Of a stretch of 64,000 bases of DNA, positions 20,238 through 29,910 are shown piece after piece. The notes under the pieces are model-generated. The model was given only the letters and a program-made list of their open reading frames with translations. It had not been told where the DNA came from and did not search any database. The translations under genes and the position numbers were made by a program. This DNA comes from Bdellovibrionota bacterium (GTDB lineage: Bacteria > Bdellovibrionota_C > UBA2361 > JAAYZI01): NCBI GenBank assembly GCA_050950765.1, contig JBMNIF010000002.1, positions 416,001 to 480,000 of the forward strand, written 5' to 3'. The stretch's first letter is position 1, and every line of letters begins with the position of its first letter.

Positions 20238-21501
20238 TTAAAGTTTGTAACTCCTGCACGATTCTAAGACACGCCCCTCGATGTTGTTTCCAAACGGATT
20301 GCGCAGCTTTACCCATTGTTTTTAAAGATGGATCCGATAATTTTTTCAGAAGTTGTGTAGCCTCCTCTTTATTATGAAGCCAAAAGAGTCCGCCACCTTT
20401 ATCCAGATCCTCAGCAACGTTATCAATATTTTCACAGTGTCGTCCAAGCACGATAGGCACACCGTAAGCCGCTGCTTCAAGGGGGTTGTGTCCTCCGATA
20501 CCGGCAACAAGGGTTCCTCCGATAAATGCTAAGTCTGCAAAGGAATAAACCTTCTCCAACTCGCCCAATGTATCAAGTAGATATACAGAGGAGTTACACG
20601 GTTGCCCCTCCTCCTTTAGTTCAGAACGACGCTCAAATTCAATTCCGTACTCACTTAACTTACTCGCAAAATAATTCATCTTCTCTTGATGACGTGGAGC
20701 TACAACGATTGAAAGATCTTCTATACCTGAAAAACTTTTTAAAGCAGGAAACCAGACCTCCTCCTCCTTCGGTCTTAAACTACCCAAGACCAAAACAGGC
20801 TTATCTGCAACAAAGAAACTTCTTTTTAACTCCTTAGCGCTCTCACGATCGGGGACACTTGGTGTGGTGTCATATTTGGCATTACCGTTTACAAGAACGA
20901 TCTCCGCAGAAGCTCCACAAGCGATAAAACGTTCCCGATATTTTTCGTTAATAACAAAGAGTTTCGTCAAACGAGAGAGACACTGTCTAAGCACCTCTCT
21001 AAAAAAAGGCTTCCTCCAAAACCTTTCCGAGCTTTCAGAAAGACGTCCATTTACTAAGAGTAACGGCACATCTTTATGCGCTAGATATCGAAAAAGCGCA
21101 GGCCAGATCTCTGTTTCTCCAAATACGAAAGCTTTGATCTTTATACCTTTTAATGCTTGACGTATCCACAAAACATTATCGAAAGGGAGGAGACGTTGAT
21201 AATCTGTTTTTCCCGTAGCGATATCTAATCCAGTTGGTGAAGTTACAGTCAGTAACGTTTTTAAATTTGGGAACGCCTCCTTGCAGGCAGCGATAATCGG
21301 TAGCAGCCCCAAGACCTCACCCACAGAAGCACCGTGAAACCATAACACCTCATCGCTCTGTAAGCTCCAACATCCAAACCTTTCAGATAATCTGCGCCGC
21401 CCACGTGGATGGCACAGGAATCCCAGCGCTGCTAATGGTGGAAGTAAAACCCCAAGAGTCTCGTATAAGGTTAAAGCTATATTGCGCGAAGTGTTTTTCA
21501 T
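20221..21501 (-). CDS. waaA: Kdo transferase (likely start MKNTSRN at 21501)
   Basis: WFHGASVGE, ETEIWP, VNGRLS, APRH, DTLGEL, GGHNPLEAAA. Confidence 0.95.
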   Translation of the reverse strand: MKNTSRNIALTLYETLGVLLPPLAALGFLCHPRGRRRLSERFGCWSLQSDEVLWFHGASVGEVLGLLPIIAACKEAFPNLKTLLTVTSPTGLDIATGKTDYQRLLPFDNVLWIRQALKGIKIKAFVFGETEIWPALFRYLAHKDVPLLLVNGRLSESSERFWRKPFFREVLRQCLSRLTKLFVINEKYRERFIACGASAEIVLVNGNAKYDTTPSVPDRESAKELKRSFFVADKPVLVLGSLRPKEEEVWFPALKSFSGIEDLSIVVAPRHQEKMNYFASKLSEYGIEFERRSELKEEGQPCNSSVYLLDTLGELEKVYSFADLAFIGGTLVAGIGGHNPLEAAAYGVPIVLGRHCENIDNVAEDLDKGGGLFWLHNKEEATQLLKKLSDPSLKTMGKAAQSVWKQHRGACLRIVQELQTLIAGRK

Positions 21502-21552
21502 GAAGCATATCTTTAATTTTGTAGCAACGTATAACCTTTTTGAACAAAAGAG

Positions 21553-21812
21553 CGTAAAAGGCAAGAGTATCTATTTTTTTTCTTTAATTTTTTACCCTCT
21601 TTCTCTGAAACCACGCCCCGATTGAGTGCGGGGAAAAAGCGTAGAAGGCAAGAGTATCTATTTTTTTCTTTAAATTTTTATCTTTCTTTCTCTAAAACCA
21701 TGCTCCGATTGAGTGCGGGGAAAAAAACGTAAAAGGCAAGAGTAGCTATTTTTTCTTTAAATATTTACCTTTCTTTCTCTGAAACCATGCTCCGATTGAG
21801 TGCGGAAAAAAA
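21553..21812. repeat. Three degenerate tandem copies (period 87-88 bp) of the 3' end plus downstream sequence of the 21746..22009 gene
   Basis: cgtaRaaggcaagagta..ccgattgagtgcgg units start at 21553, 21640 and 21728. Confidence 0.9.
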
Positions 21813-22009
21813 TATGCTAATACGAAAAGGTAACCCGCCTGCATCGAGTTCAGGTCGTAATCAATCCATGCATAGATTAAAAAAAGTGCTAGAACGGCGA
21901 GCCCGATCTTTAATTTCATCTTAGCATCAGTAACAACAGCACCAACACCACAAGCTCCCATCGCCACAAGCAATAAAAGTCTTAGGTTTCCATTCTCCAT
22001 TACAATCAC
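21746..22009 (-). CDS. Small membrane protein
   Basis: 87 aa, about three hydrophobic segments, basic tail. Confidence 0.6.
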   Translation of the reverse strand: MIVMENGNLRLLLLVAMGACGVGAVVTDAKMKLKIGLAVLALFLIYAWIDYDLNSMQAGYLFVLAYFFPHSIGAWFQRKKGKYLKKK

Positions 22010-22014
22010 CTAAA

Positions 22015-22710
22015 TTATTTTATTCTATTTGCAAGATAAACTGTTTCCGGCCCGATACAGGTCATCTGTGCAAACTCTAAAGATTCGATATCTTCAAAAA
22101 TTTCAGCAACCACCGTTTCTAATTTCGGCATAGGTTTATTAAGTAGTAATTTACTTAGCTTTTCCTCTTGGTGTAAAGTAAGTGTTTCTGAAAAAACAAA
22201 GACTATATCCCCGTTTGCACCTTTTACTTCAGCTGTTTCAACGGTAACGCGAGAGTTTGTCCCGATACAGGTATCTGCCGATTCCTTAGCAAGAAAGAAG
22301 GGAAAAATCGTGCCGTTCCTGTATAAGTATGCGCTTAACGCTCCCACTCTAGCAGCAGAAACATCTCCAGCTTCAATCACAAGTGCAATAATTGCGGCAG
22401 CCAGTCTACCACCTGCCGCCAGTTTATGTCCGAAATTATACACTGCCTCGTTAGCGCAGCGTAGCGACTGCTCCAAGAGACGACTTCTATCTGCCTGATC
22501 CTCTTCATAACTATCAAGTATGGCTTCCGTAAAATGTTCAAGACTAAGACGCGCTGCGATCTGACTACCTAAACTTGATTTAACAGCCACAGATCCCGCC
22601 AGAACCAACCTACCTGGTTTTAATCCTGCATTAAATGAGGTGTAAGAGGAGGTATCTAGTACCGTTTTCTTCCCTCTAAAAAAGGTGCTATCAAGTTTCG
22701 TTAGTGCCAT
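22015..22710 (-). CDS. PP2C/PPM-fold-like protein, metal-binding Asp residues apparently degenerate
   Basis: GSQIAARLSLEHF, ANEAVY, AARVGALSAYLYRNG resemble PrpC-type phosphatase segments. Confidence 0.5.
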   Translation of the reverse strand: MALTKLDSTFFRGKKTVLDTSSYTSFNAGLKPGRLVLAGSVAVKSSLGSQIAARLSLEHFTEAILDSYEEDQADRSRLLEQSLRCANEAVYNFGHKLAAGGRLAAAIIALVIEAGDVSAARVGALSAYLYRNGTIFPFFLAKESADTCIGTNSRVTVETAEVKGANGDIVFVFSETLTLHQEEKLSKLLLNKPMPKLETVVAEIFEDIESLEFAQMTCIGPETVYLANRIK

Positions 22711-22779
22711 AAGATATTAAATTATAGACAAAAAGTTCAGGTATTACCCAGATATCATAGAATAAAGTCTATAAATATC

Positions 22780-23073
22780 GCCACCCTTTAAGGACAATAA
22801 AGCGGGCTGTAACTGAAAAGCGAATCGGCTAGATCTCTACGAAGGTAAAAACCCTTTAAGGATAATTAAGACGGGCTGATACTAAAAAATAAATTAGCTA
22901 GATCTCTACGAAGGTAAAAAACCTTTAATGACGATAAAGCGGGCTGTAACTAAAAAGCGAATTAGCTAGATCTTCACGGAGGTTAAAAACCCTCTAAGGA
23001 CGGTAGGACGGGCTGATACTAAAAAATAAATTAGCTAGATCTTTACGAAGGTAAAAAATGTCACCCACCAGTG
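22780..23073 (-). repeat. Four tandem inverted A modules (~69 bp) with internal cores deleted
   Basis: cgggctg..gctagatct..acgRaggt(t)aaaaa repeated four times; gccaccc and tgtcacccaccagtg core remnants at the ends. Confidence 0.88.
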
Positions 23074-23146
23074 ACAGTAGAACAGGTTATTTTTATAAAA
23101 AAACAGAGCGTTAACAACACCTTACATTTTTAAAACATTTTTCTAC

Positions 23147-23173
23147 TAAAGTTGGTTCTTTTATTGTCGATAC
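23147..23173 (+). promoter_or_regulatory. Sigma28 (FliA)-type promoter
   Basis: TAAA-N15-GTCGATAC upstream of the DUF5610-like gene. Confidence 0.6.
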
Positions 23174-23179
23174 TCTTAT

Positions 23180-23878
23180 TTGTGTCAAGGATATCTAAGA
23201 TATCCCTCAATGATAAGGAGAAACAACATGGATAGTTTAATTTCTCTCGCTACGGATGGTGTCGATAAAAAAGCAGCTGCTACCACAAAGATGCACAGGC
23301 ATATAAATAACGGTAAAAGTGGTGTCGATGCTGCTATCATACAGAACTTAAGTGCTAACAATTCAGATTCAGTTAATCTCAATTTTCAAGACCTCTACAA
23401 AAGCCTCTCCATTGAAGCTCAAGAGATACTCAACGCTATCAATAAAGAGTTAGGCAGTGCCAATGAAGTGCACACTTTAAAACCTGAAGAGTCCACTCCT
23501 GAAGCTACGGCAGAGCGTATAGTTTCAGGAGTAACAGGACTTTTTTCAGCATACAAAACTTCGAACAATAAACTCGACGATGAAGAGGTGCTCGAGGGAT
23601 TTATGAAGGCTGTCCGACGTGGCGTTAAACAAGGTTATGATGAAGCCTTTAAAATTTTAGATGGTCTCGGTGCCTTTCAATACGACGGCGTACAGAGCGG
23701 TGTTGAAAAAACTTTAGAATTAGTTAATCAAAAGTTAGATAATTTTGAGAAGACGATGCGTCAACAATTAGGCATCACCGCCACAGATGCCTCTGTTAGC
23801 GAATCAGCTTCTACTCTCACTCGCACAGAAAGCCTCTTACAAGGAGGTGCCTCACTATCGAAAGGGGCAGCTTCCTAA
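23180..23878 (+). CDS. DUF5610-like protein (likely start ATG 23228 after an aggag RBS)
   Basis: PEATAERIVSG..F..VRRGVKQGYDEAFKILDGLG..GVEKTLELV..KLDNF pattern. Confidence 0.7.
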   Translation: MCQGYLRYPSMIRRNNMDSLISLATDGVDKKAAATTKMHRHINNGKSGVDAAIIQNLSANNSDSVNLNFQDLYKSLSIEAQEILNAINKELGSANEVHTLKPEESTPEATAERIVSGVTGLFSAYKTSNNKLDDEEVLEGFMKAVRRGVKQGYDEAFKILDGLGAFQYDGVQSGVEKTLELVNQKLDNFEKTMRQQLGITATDASVSESASTLTRTESLLQGGASLSKGAAS

Positions 23879-23923
23879 ATAAATAAAAAATTATCTTTAT
23901 ATTTTATGCCTAAACATCCATTC

Positions 23924-23983
23924 TGCGGATGGTGAAAGAGCGTCATGCCACACTACACCTCTTTCACCGTTCGCACTTTTTTT
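23924..23983. terminator. Hairpin terminator between convergent genes
   Basis: gcggatggtgaaagag...ctctttcaccgttcgc followed by a T-run. Confidence 0.7.
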
Positions 23984-24512
23984 ATGCCGTGCAGATATTA
24001 TCGTTTAACAGAAAGATCTTAAGGGTATTAAGCACCGTATAAGCAGAAAGAAAACGAATTTTTGTTCTATCGCCTTCAAAAAAGTAGCTCTTGGCGTACG
24101 TACTACCTTCTGAAGAGAATCCGATACAGACGGTTCCAACACGTTTATCTTTCGTCCCTCCATCAGGCCCTGCTAGCCCCGTAACGGAAAAAGCTATATC
24201 AGCATCAAGCACCCCTCTCGCTCCCAAAGCCATCTGCTCTGCACACTGCACACTAACTGCTCCGTAATTTTTTAAAACATCTTCGGAAACATTTAAGATC
24301 TTTTTTTTCACTTCATTACAATACGAGACGATACCACCTTTAAAATACTTTGAAGCGCCTACTTCTGATACGATTAAGTTCGAAAGTAATCCACCGGAAC
24401 AAGATTCCGCAAAGCCTAAACTTAATTCCGACTTAAGTAAGAGGGTATGCGTTTCCTTAATAAGATCTTGAGAAAAGCCGCACTCCATAGGGGTATAAAA
24501 GTTCTGCTCCAT
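23982..24512 (-). CDS. CinA C-terminal / nicotinamide-nucleotide amidohydrolase (PncC family)
   Basis: AESCSGG, GASKYFKGGIVSY, GAVS, SVTGLAGPDGG, VGTVCIG. Confidence 0.92.
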   Translation of the reverse strand: MEQNFYTPMECGFSQDLIKETHTLLLKSELSLGFAESCSGGLLSNLIVSEVGASKYFKGGIVSYCNEVKKKILNVSEDVLKNYGAVSVQCAEQMALGARGVLDADIAFSVTGLAGPDGGTKDKRVGTVCIGFSSEGSTYAKSYFFEGDRTKIRFLSAYTVLNTLKIFLLNDNICTA

Positions 24513-24612
24513 CTGTAATATTTCGCCTTTTTTTCGTGTTCTTTTAAACTTTAAATATATAAAACACCTACTCCATCTCTAGTATTTTTTATACTAAATG
24601 ATCTTCATATCT

Positions 24613-25857
24613 TTATCTGAGTATTTTTTTTGCGTACCGAATAGCCTCCAACAACTGTTCGATATCTGCCAGATCTGAATAAACAGCAAGGCTAATCCTA
24701 GCTGTGGCAGAGATACCGAACCGTTTCATGGCTGGCATCGCACAGTGATGTCCCACCCTAAGTTGCACATTTAAATAATCTGCCGCAGTTGCAAAGTCGA
24801 ACGGATGAACTCCTTTTAAATTAAAAGAGATGATCGATGCTTGAGAGGGTTTAACATCTCCTGTCGCAGCTGGACCATACAAGATAACGCCATCTTCTTT
24901 TTTTAACAGATCCACACTTTGCATAAAAAGGTTTTCTTCATAAGTAGAGATGGCTTGTACTCCTAACGTTTCTAGATACTCCAAAGCGCAACCTAACCCG
25001 ATCGCTTCAACGATAGCAGGGGTGCCTGCTTCAAATCTGTACGGTGGATCGGCATAAGTTGAAGTTTTAAGTGTGACCTTCTCGATCATATCCCCGCCAC
25101 CAAAAAAAGGGGGTAGCTCTTGTAATAGTTCCGATTTTCCGTAGAGGACTCCGATCCCGTTTGGCCCATAAGCCTTATGACCGGAGAAAACTAAAAAATC
25201 AGGATTAAGCTCTTGCACATCTATCTTTAAATGCGCCACTGCTTGCGCTGCATCAACCAACACCAAGCAACCACGCTTATGGGCTTCTTTACAGATATCA
25301 GCGATCGGGAAGACACTTCCAAAAGCGTTTGAAATATATGTAACGGAGAGAAGTTTCGGCTTAAAGGTATCTAATTTTTTTATCAGATCATCAAAATCAA
25401 AAGAGGCATCGTCCTTAACATCAACAAACTCCAACTTAACCCCTTTTCGTTTTGAGAGAAGTTGCCACGGCACGATATTACTGTGGTGCTCAAGAACACT
25501 TAAAAGCACGGTATCAGCAGGAGTAAAGCGCTCACCTAAGGTATGCGCTATTAAGTTAAGCCCCTCCGTTGCACCGTGTGTAAATACAATATTATCAGGA
25601 GAAGGTGCATTTAAAAATGCAGCAACTTTTTCTCTAGCACCTTCATAGTCCTCAGTTATTTTAAGACTTAGCTCATAAGCACCCCTATGAATATTGGCGT
25701 ACTCATGCGCATAATACTGCGTCATTTTATCGATCACTACTTGCGGTTTTTGTGCACTAGCAGCGGTATCAAGATACGCCATGCGTTTATTAGCAGCAGC
25801 AAAAATGGGGAAATCATCTCTAATTTTTTCTCCGAAAGCTTTAACTTCTTTATTCAT
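24613..25857 (-). CDS. sufS: SufS-type cysteine desulfurase
   Basis: YLDTAASAQKP, ANIHRG, EHHSNIVPWQ, FSGHK, FEAGTP, RVGHHCA. Confidence 0.95.
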   Translation of the reverse strand: MNKEVKAFGEKIRDDFPIFAAANKRMAYLDTAASAQKPQVVIDKMTQYYAHEYANIHRGAYELSLKITEDYEGAREKVAAFLNAPSPDNIVFTHGATEGLNLIAHTLGERFTPADTVLLSVLEHHSNIVPWQLLSKRKGVKLEFVDVKDDASFDFDDLIKKLDTFKPKLLSVTYISNAFGSVFPIADICKEAHKRGCLVLVDAAQAVAHLKIDVQELNPDFLVFSGHKAYGPNGIGVLYGKSELLQELPPFFGGGDMIEKVTLKTSTYADPPYRFEAGTPAIVEAIGLGCALEYLETLGVQAISTYEENLFMQSVDLLKKEDGVILYGPAATGDVKPSQASIISFNLKGVHPFDFATAADYLNVQLRVGHHCAMPAMKRFGISATARISLAVYSDLADIEQLLEAIRYAKKILR

Positions 25858-26072
25858 AATCTCTCATCACATAAAAAGAGTTACCTGACAGACTCTTCAA
25901 GCATAAGGCGTTGTGCACCCTTCTTTATACACAACTTTTAAGTATATCTCACAGACTCTCTTTCTTGATAATATTCAGCTATGCTAATAATGTAAAATCA
26001 AAGTTTTTGTAACAAAAATCCGATTTTAAAAAAAACAAGGTTAGAACAAACCTCAACAACCAACAGGGTGCA

Positions 26073-27134
26073 ATGGTGTCGAATCATTATCAAAAAGGAC
26101 AAAGTGTAATAGCTACAATGCTTGTGCTTTTAACTCTTGCTCTCGTCGGCGTTGCCGCCATTGTAGGGCTTCAACTTTTTTCTGATCTATACAGACGTAG
26201 CGCTTACGCCGCCCTTGAAAAGAGTTTGAAATCAAGAGATTTAACTACTGTTAAAAACGCTCTTAACACAGTAGCAACTGAACCGCAGATCTTCCGCTTT
26301 TTTTTGAGGGAGAGCTCTTACGACACTTTAAAACAAGCGAGTTCATATTCAGAAGATGAGGGTATCTTATCTGAACTTTTTGAACTCTACACCCTTACTT
26401 CACCACACACCTCTCCGACCTACACCACCTTAAAACGTTTTAAAAATTTGCCTGAATCAGATTCTCTAAAAACACTACTTCAAGAGAGAACTCCTCCACC
26501 AAACGCCTTATCCCCACTCTCTACTTTAACAAAAAAGCTCTCTACTACTATTATCCCTATTTCAGAGGCACCCGCAGCGGTAGAGCTCGATGTTTTTGAG
26601 AGCGTTTTTAGCAGGTACCTCCACGTGATGCGTCAATTGCAACGAAAGGCAAGCGAAACGCCGTTACAGATTAACGCTAACAAAACTCACCTCTCACAAC
26701 TAAAAACTTTCCTTTTAGATCTACGGACGGATTTTGCAGATTTCTTATCCCTCTCTCAAAGTAGAACTGCTCGTAAAAAGAATACGGCGAAATCGCAAGA
26801 GTTATCTTTTTACACAAGCGGGATCTTTAAAGATCTGCCGCAACTACCAACTCTTCCAGATAATATTGAAACGGCGAAAGATCTAAGCAACCTCCTGCAA
26901 AAGCTGGGTGGCGAGGTTGCGCTTTACGGAAAGGACGCACCTCAAATTTTTGAAGATAAAATTTCAACTTTTCGTAAAGCTGCCGTAATCTATCGAGAAA
27001 AGATACAAAACTTACAGGAAGAAAATAAACGGTTGGAGGCAGAACTAGAAACCATCACAAAAGAAGCCGAACTAAGCGCTAAGGAGGTGCATTACCTTAT
27101 AAAAAAGACCTTACTTTACGTTACAAGAGTCTAA
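26073..27134 (+). CDS. Hypothetical membrane-anchored protein with a C-terminal coiled coil
   Basis: N-terminal TM segment, 353-aa ORF. Confidence 0.65.
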   Translation: MVSNHYQKGQSVIATMLVLLTLALVGVAAIVGLQLFSDLYRRSAYAALEKSLKSRDLTTVKNALNTVATEPQIFRFFLRESSYDTLKQASSYSEDEGILSELFELYTLTSPHTSPTYTTLKRFKNLPESDSLKTLLQERTPPPNALSPLSTLTKKLSTTIIPISEAPAAVELDVFESVFSRYLHVMRQLQRKASETPLQINANKTHLSQLKTFLLDLRTDFADFLSLSQSRTARKKNTAKSQELSFYTSGIFKDLPQLPTLPDNIETAKDLSNLLQKLGGEVALYGKDAPQIFEDKISTFRKAAVIYREKIQNLQEENKRLEAELETITKEAELSAKEVHYLIKKTLLYVTRV

Positions 27135-27285
27135 AAATATAACGAAATTATATTTTAAGCCGAAATTTTTTAAAGCACCCTCATTTTTTTCTTGCATATC
27201 CTCTTTTTAATGCTTATATATCTCTTTCCGCTGCACGAAACGGGCGGTGACGGTGTTGACTTTTTTTAAAAAAGTAATTTTTTTG

Positions 27286-27315
27286 TTGACACTCGGGTAT
27301 CCGTTCGGTTATCTT
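27286..27315 (+). promoter_or_regulatory. Sigma70-type promoter
   Basis: TTGACA-N18-TATCTT; the same hexamers occur in the tRNA promoter at 59421. Confidence 0.5.
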
Positions 27316-27361
27316 GCGCGGGAAATTTGAAGTAAATATGTGTGTGCGGTTAGTTTGCGAA

Positions 27362-27391
27362 CCCGCTAATAATGGTGGCGGGCTTTTTTTT
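27362..27391 (+). terminator. Rho-independent terminator
   Basis: cccgct..ggcggg stem followed by T8. Confidence 0.7.
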
Positions 27392-27709
27392 GCGCAATTT
27401 TCCGCTTAAGGTTTCCGCAAGTCCGCGAAGTATATCCGTCAAAGAGGATTGAATTAGGGGGTTGTGTCTTTCAGATATTTAGCCCAAGAGATTCTTCTGC
27501 GTCTTATCTTCGCCAGTTTTCTGTTTTTTTGTAATTGTACGTTTAAGGCTGAATATCACTCTTTTTTTGTGCATCGTTCGGCTTAGGGAAGTTTTGAACC
27601 TGAATCTGTAAGTCTTTCAGGTAAGTTTTTACTCTCGTTTGGTATAATTACGCCGTTTAAGGATTAGGTTCTTTATTTTTTGATATAGCTGATTAATCTA
27701 TTTTATTTA

Positions 27710-28027
27710 TTGGGACATTTTACTATGAAATCATGGTCTAATTCTGAAGTACAACAAGCCGGAGTATACATCCCTGAGAAACGTCTTTTAGCTGCCGTTT
27801 TACAACGTGCCGTTGCTGATTATGTTACGGGAGATGGTGATATTCGTGAAGGCGCTCGTTCTTGGTTAATGGAAAATGTCGTTACTGACGCTCCTCTCTC
27901 TTTTAAATTTATCTGCGAAGCCCTTGATCTCGATATACCTGGCTTACGCAAAGCTATCCAAGCACAAGCAGACGTTCAAGCTCACGCCATTAGTACACAA
28001 CAAACTAGACAAGCTCTGGCGTCATAA
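27710..28027 (+). CDS. Conserved-looking small hypothetical protein (likely start ATG 27725)
   Basis: PEKRLLAAVLQRAVADY..ARSWL..SFKFICEALDLD. Confidence 0.75.
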   Translation: MGHFTMKSWSNSEVQQAGVYIPEKRLLAAVLQRAVADYVTGDGDIREGARSWLMENVVTDAPLSFKFICEALDLDIPGLRKAIQAQADVQAHAISTQQTRQALAS

Positions 28028-28042
28028 TTTTTTTTACCTTAT

Positions 28043-28090
28043 AAAACCGATAACCGTTCTCTAAAATAATTAGGTTATCGGTTTTTGTTT
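28043..28090 (+). terminator. Hairpin terminator
   Basis: aaaaccgataacc...ggttatcggtttt. Confidence 0.7.
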
Positions 28091-28121
28091 ATCTACGATT
28101 TTTTTTACACGGTAATTTTTT

Positions 28122-28319
28122 ATGTCTGCCAAATGTCCGATCTGTAAAGGTGCAGTAGAAAAAGAGGGTGAGTTTTTTCCATTTTGCTCAGAACGGTGCA
28201 AAACGATTGACCTCGCTAACTGGGCTACGGGAGAATACAAGATAAGCCGCTACTTAAACGAAGAAGAGCTTTCTACTCTAAAAGATGAGTTATACATTCA
28301 ACCGTTTCAAGAGAACTAA
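28122..28319 (+). CDS. yacG: DNA gyrase inhibitor YacG
   Basis: CPIC..FPFCSERCKTIDLANWATGEYKI. Confidence 0.93.
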   Translation: MSAKCPICKGAVEKEGEFFPFCSERCKTIDLANWATGEYKISRYLNEEELSTLKDELYIQPFQEN

Positions 28320-28410
28320 CAACAAAACACTTTGACCTCTTTTAAATTAAAAAAGAGTTAAAGTGAAACACAATAAATTATAGTCTTAAGAGAACCAACG
28401 AAAAAACACT

Positions 28411-29823
28411 TTAACGTCCGTACTCATTTAACTTATTACGTAACGTTCTGATACTAATCCCTAATAATTTAGCAGCTTGCGTCCTATTGTCATTAGTTGC
28501 TTTCAGTGTTTCAAAGATCAATGCCTTTTCAACTTCTTGTACTGTCATACCAGATCCGATTACGATCTTCTCTTCTGCATTATCAGTAGTAACTTCCTTC
28601 TCTATTTTAGCTGCCAGTGGTGTGTACTGCTCTTGTGGAGCTATCTCTTCAATACTCGGTCGACCAGTGGTGTTTAGTAGAAAATCTCCTGTTTTTGGAG
28701 CTCTCCCCCTCGAGAGGATAGCCGCTCTTTGGACAGCATTTTGAAGCTCTCTAACATTACCCGGCCATGAATACGCCATCAGTGCAGAGAGTACGGTGTC
28801 ATCTACCTTTGGAGCATTTGCACCGACATATTGTTTAATAAAGAAATCCACCAACAACTTAATATCACCTTTTCTCTCTCTTAAAGGTGGTAGCGTGATC
28901 GGGATAACGTTTAATCTGTAATAAAGATCAGCTCTGAACTTTCCTTCCTGCACGGCCTGTTCAAGATTACGGTTAGTAGTAGCGACTACTCTAACATCAA
29001 TCGGAATCGGTTCTCTTCCGCCCACCCTATCAACTTCACGCTCTTGCAGGACACGTAATAATTTAGCTTGTAAAGAGAGATCCATCTCTGATATCTCATC
29101 AAGGAGACACGTCCCCCCTTGCGCCAACTCAAACTTTCCGATCTTCCGAGTTTGCGCGCCGGTAAAAGCACCTTTCTCATGTCCAAAGAGTTCGCTTTCC
29201 AATAAGTTCGCAGGTAGCGCCGCACAATTAACAGCCACAAAAGGTTGCGCAGATCTACTACTGGAGGTGTGTATTAAACGTGCTATCAACTCTTTACCGG
29301 TACCAGACTCACCTTGCACTAAAACGGTAGCATCACTTTTTGCGACAGCTTCTGCCACTTCCAAGATCCTAATCATCAACGGATCATTACTTATAATAGG
29401 TCTACCACGTTTCGATTTTTTAGCGCTTTTTTGTAGCTGTCTACACTCTGGCGACATAACTCTTTCAACAACTCGAGTTAGATCTTCTACTGAAAAAGGC
29501 TTGGTAATAAAATCAGCAGCACCTGCTTGCATCGCCTCCACAGCTTGCGTAATCGTACCGTAAGCGGTGATCATGACAAACGGGACTTCTGATTCTCGTT
29601 CCTGCAACGTTGTTAAAAGCTCTAAGCCATCCATCTCCGGCATACGTTGATCAGAGATGATCACATCAAAGCTCTCTGCATCAATCGCTTTTAAAGCCTG
29701 CTTACCGTTAGCGGCGACAGTTACATCATATCCGCTCCGCATTAAACTTGTTTTTAAGGCAAGCTGCATCTGCGTATCATCATCAACCACTAAGATCTTA
29801 TTTTGTTGCATCATAATAACCAC
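28411..29823 (-). CDS. Sigma54-dependent response regulator (NtrC family; FleR/FlgR-like)
   Basis: REC domain, GESGTGKE, GAFTGA, C-terminal HTH NRTQAAKLLGISIRTLRNKL. Confidence 0.93.
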   Translation of the reverse strand: MVIMMQQNKILVVDDDTQMQLALKTSLMRSGYDVTVAANGKQALKAIDAESFDVIISDQRMPEMDGLELLTTLQERESEVPFVMITAYGTITQAVEAMQAGAADFITKPFSVEDLTRVVERVMSPECRQLQKSAKKSKRGRPIISNDPLMIRILEVAEAVAKSDATVLVQGESGTGKELIARLIHTSSSRSAQPFVAVNCAALPANLLESELFGHEKGAFTGAQTRKIGKFELAQGGTCLLDEISEMDLSLQAKLLRVLQEREVDRVGGREPIPIDVRVVATTNRNLEQAVQEGKFRADLYYRLNVIPITLPPLRERKGDIKLLVDFFIKQYVGANAPKVDDTVLSALMAYSWPGNVRELQNAVQRAAILSRGRAPKTGDFLLNTTGRPSIEEIAPQEQYTPLAAKIEKEVTTDNAEEKIVIGSGMTVQEVEKALIFETLKATNDNRTQAAKLLGISIRTLRNKLNEYGR

Positions 29824-29910
29824 CTTTAAGTAATAAAACCTTTTTTAGCTTCCGCTCCTTTGCATCTAAATCTTTAAAACAAAATCAAAAACCACCTTTT
29901 GTTTTCCCCT

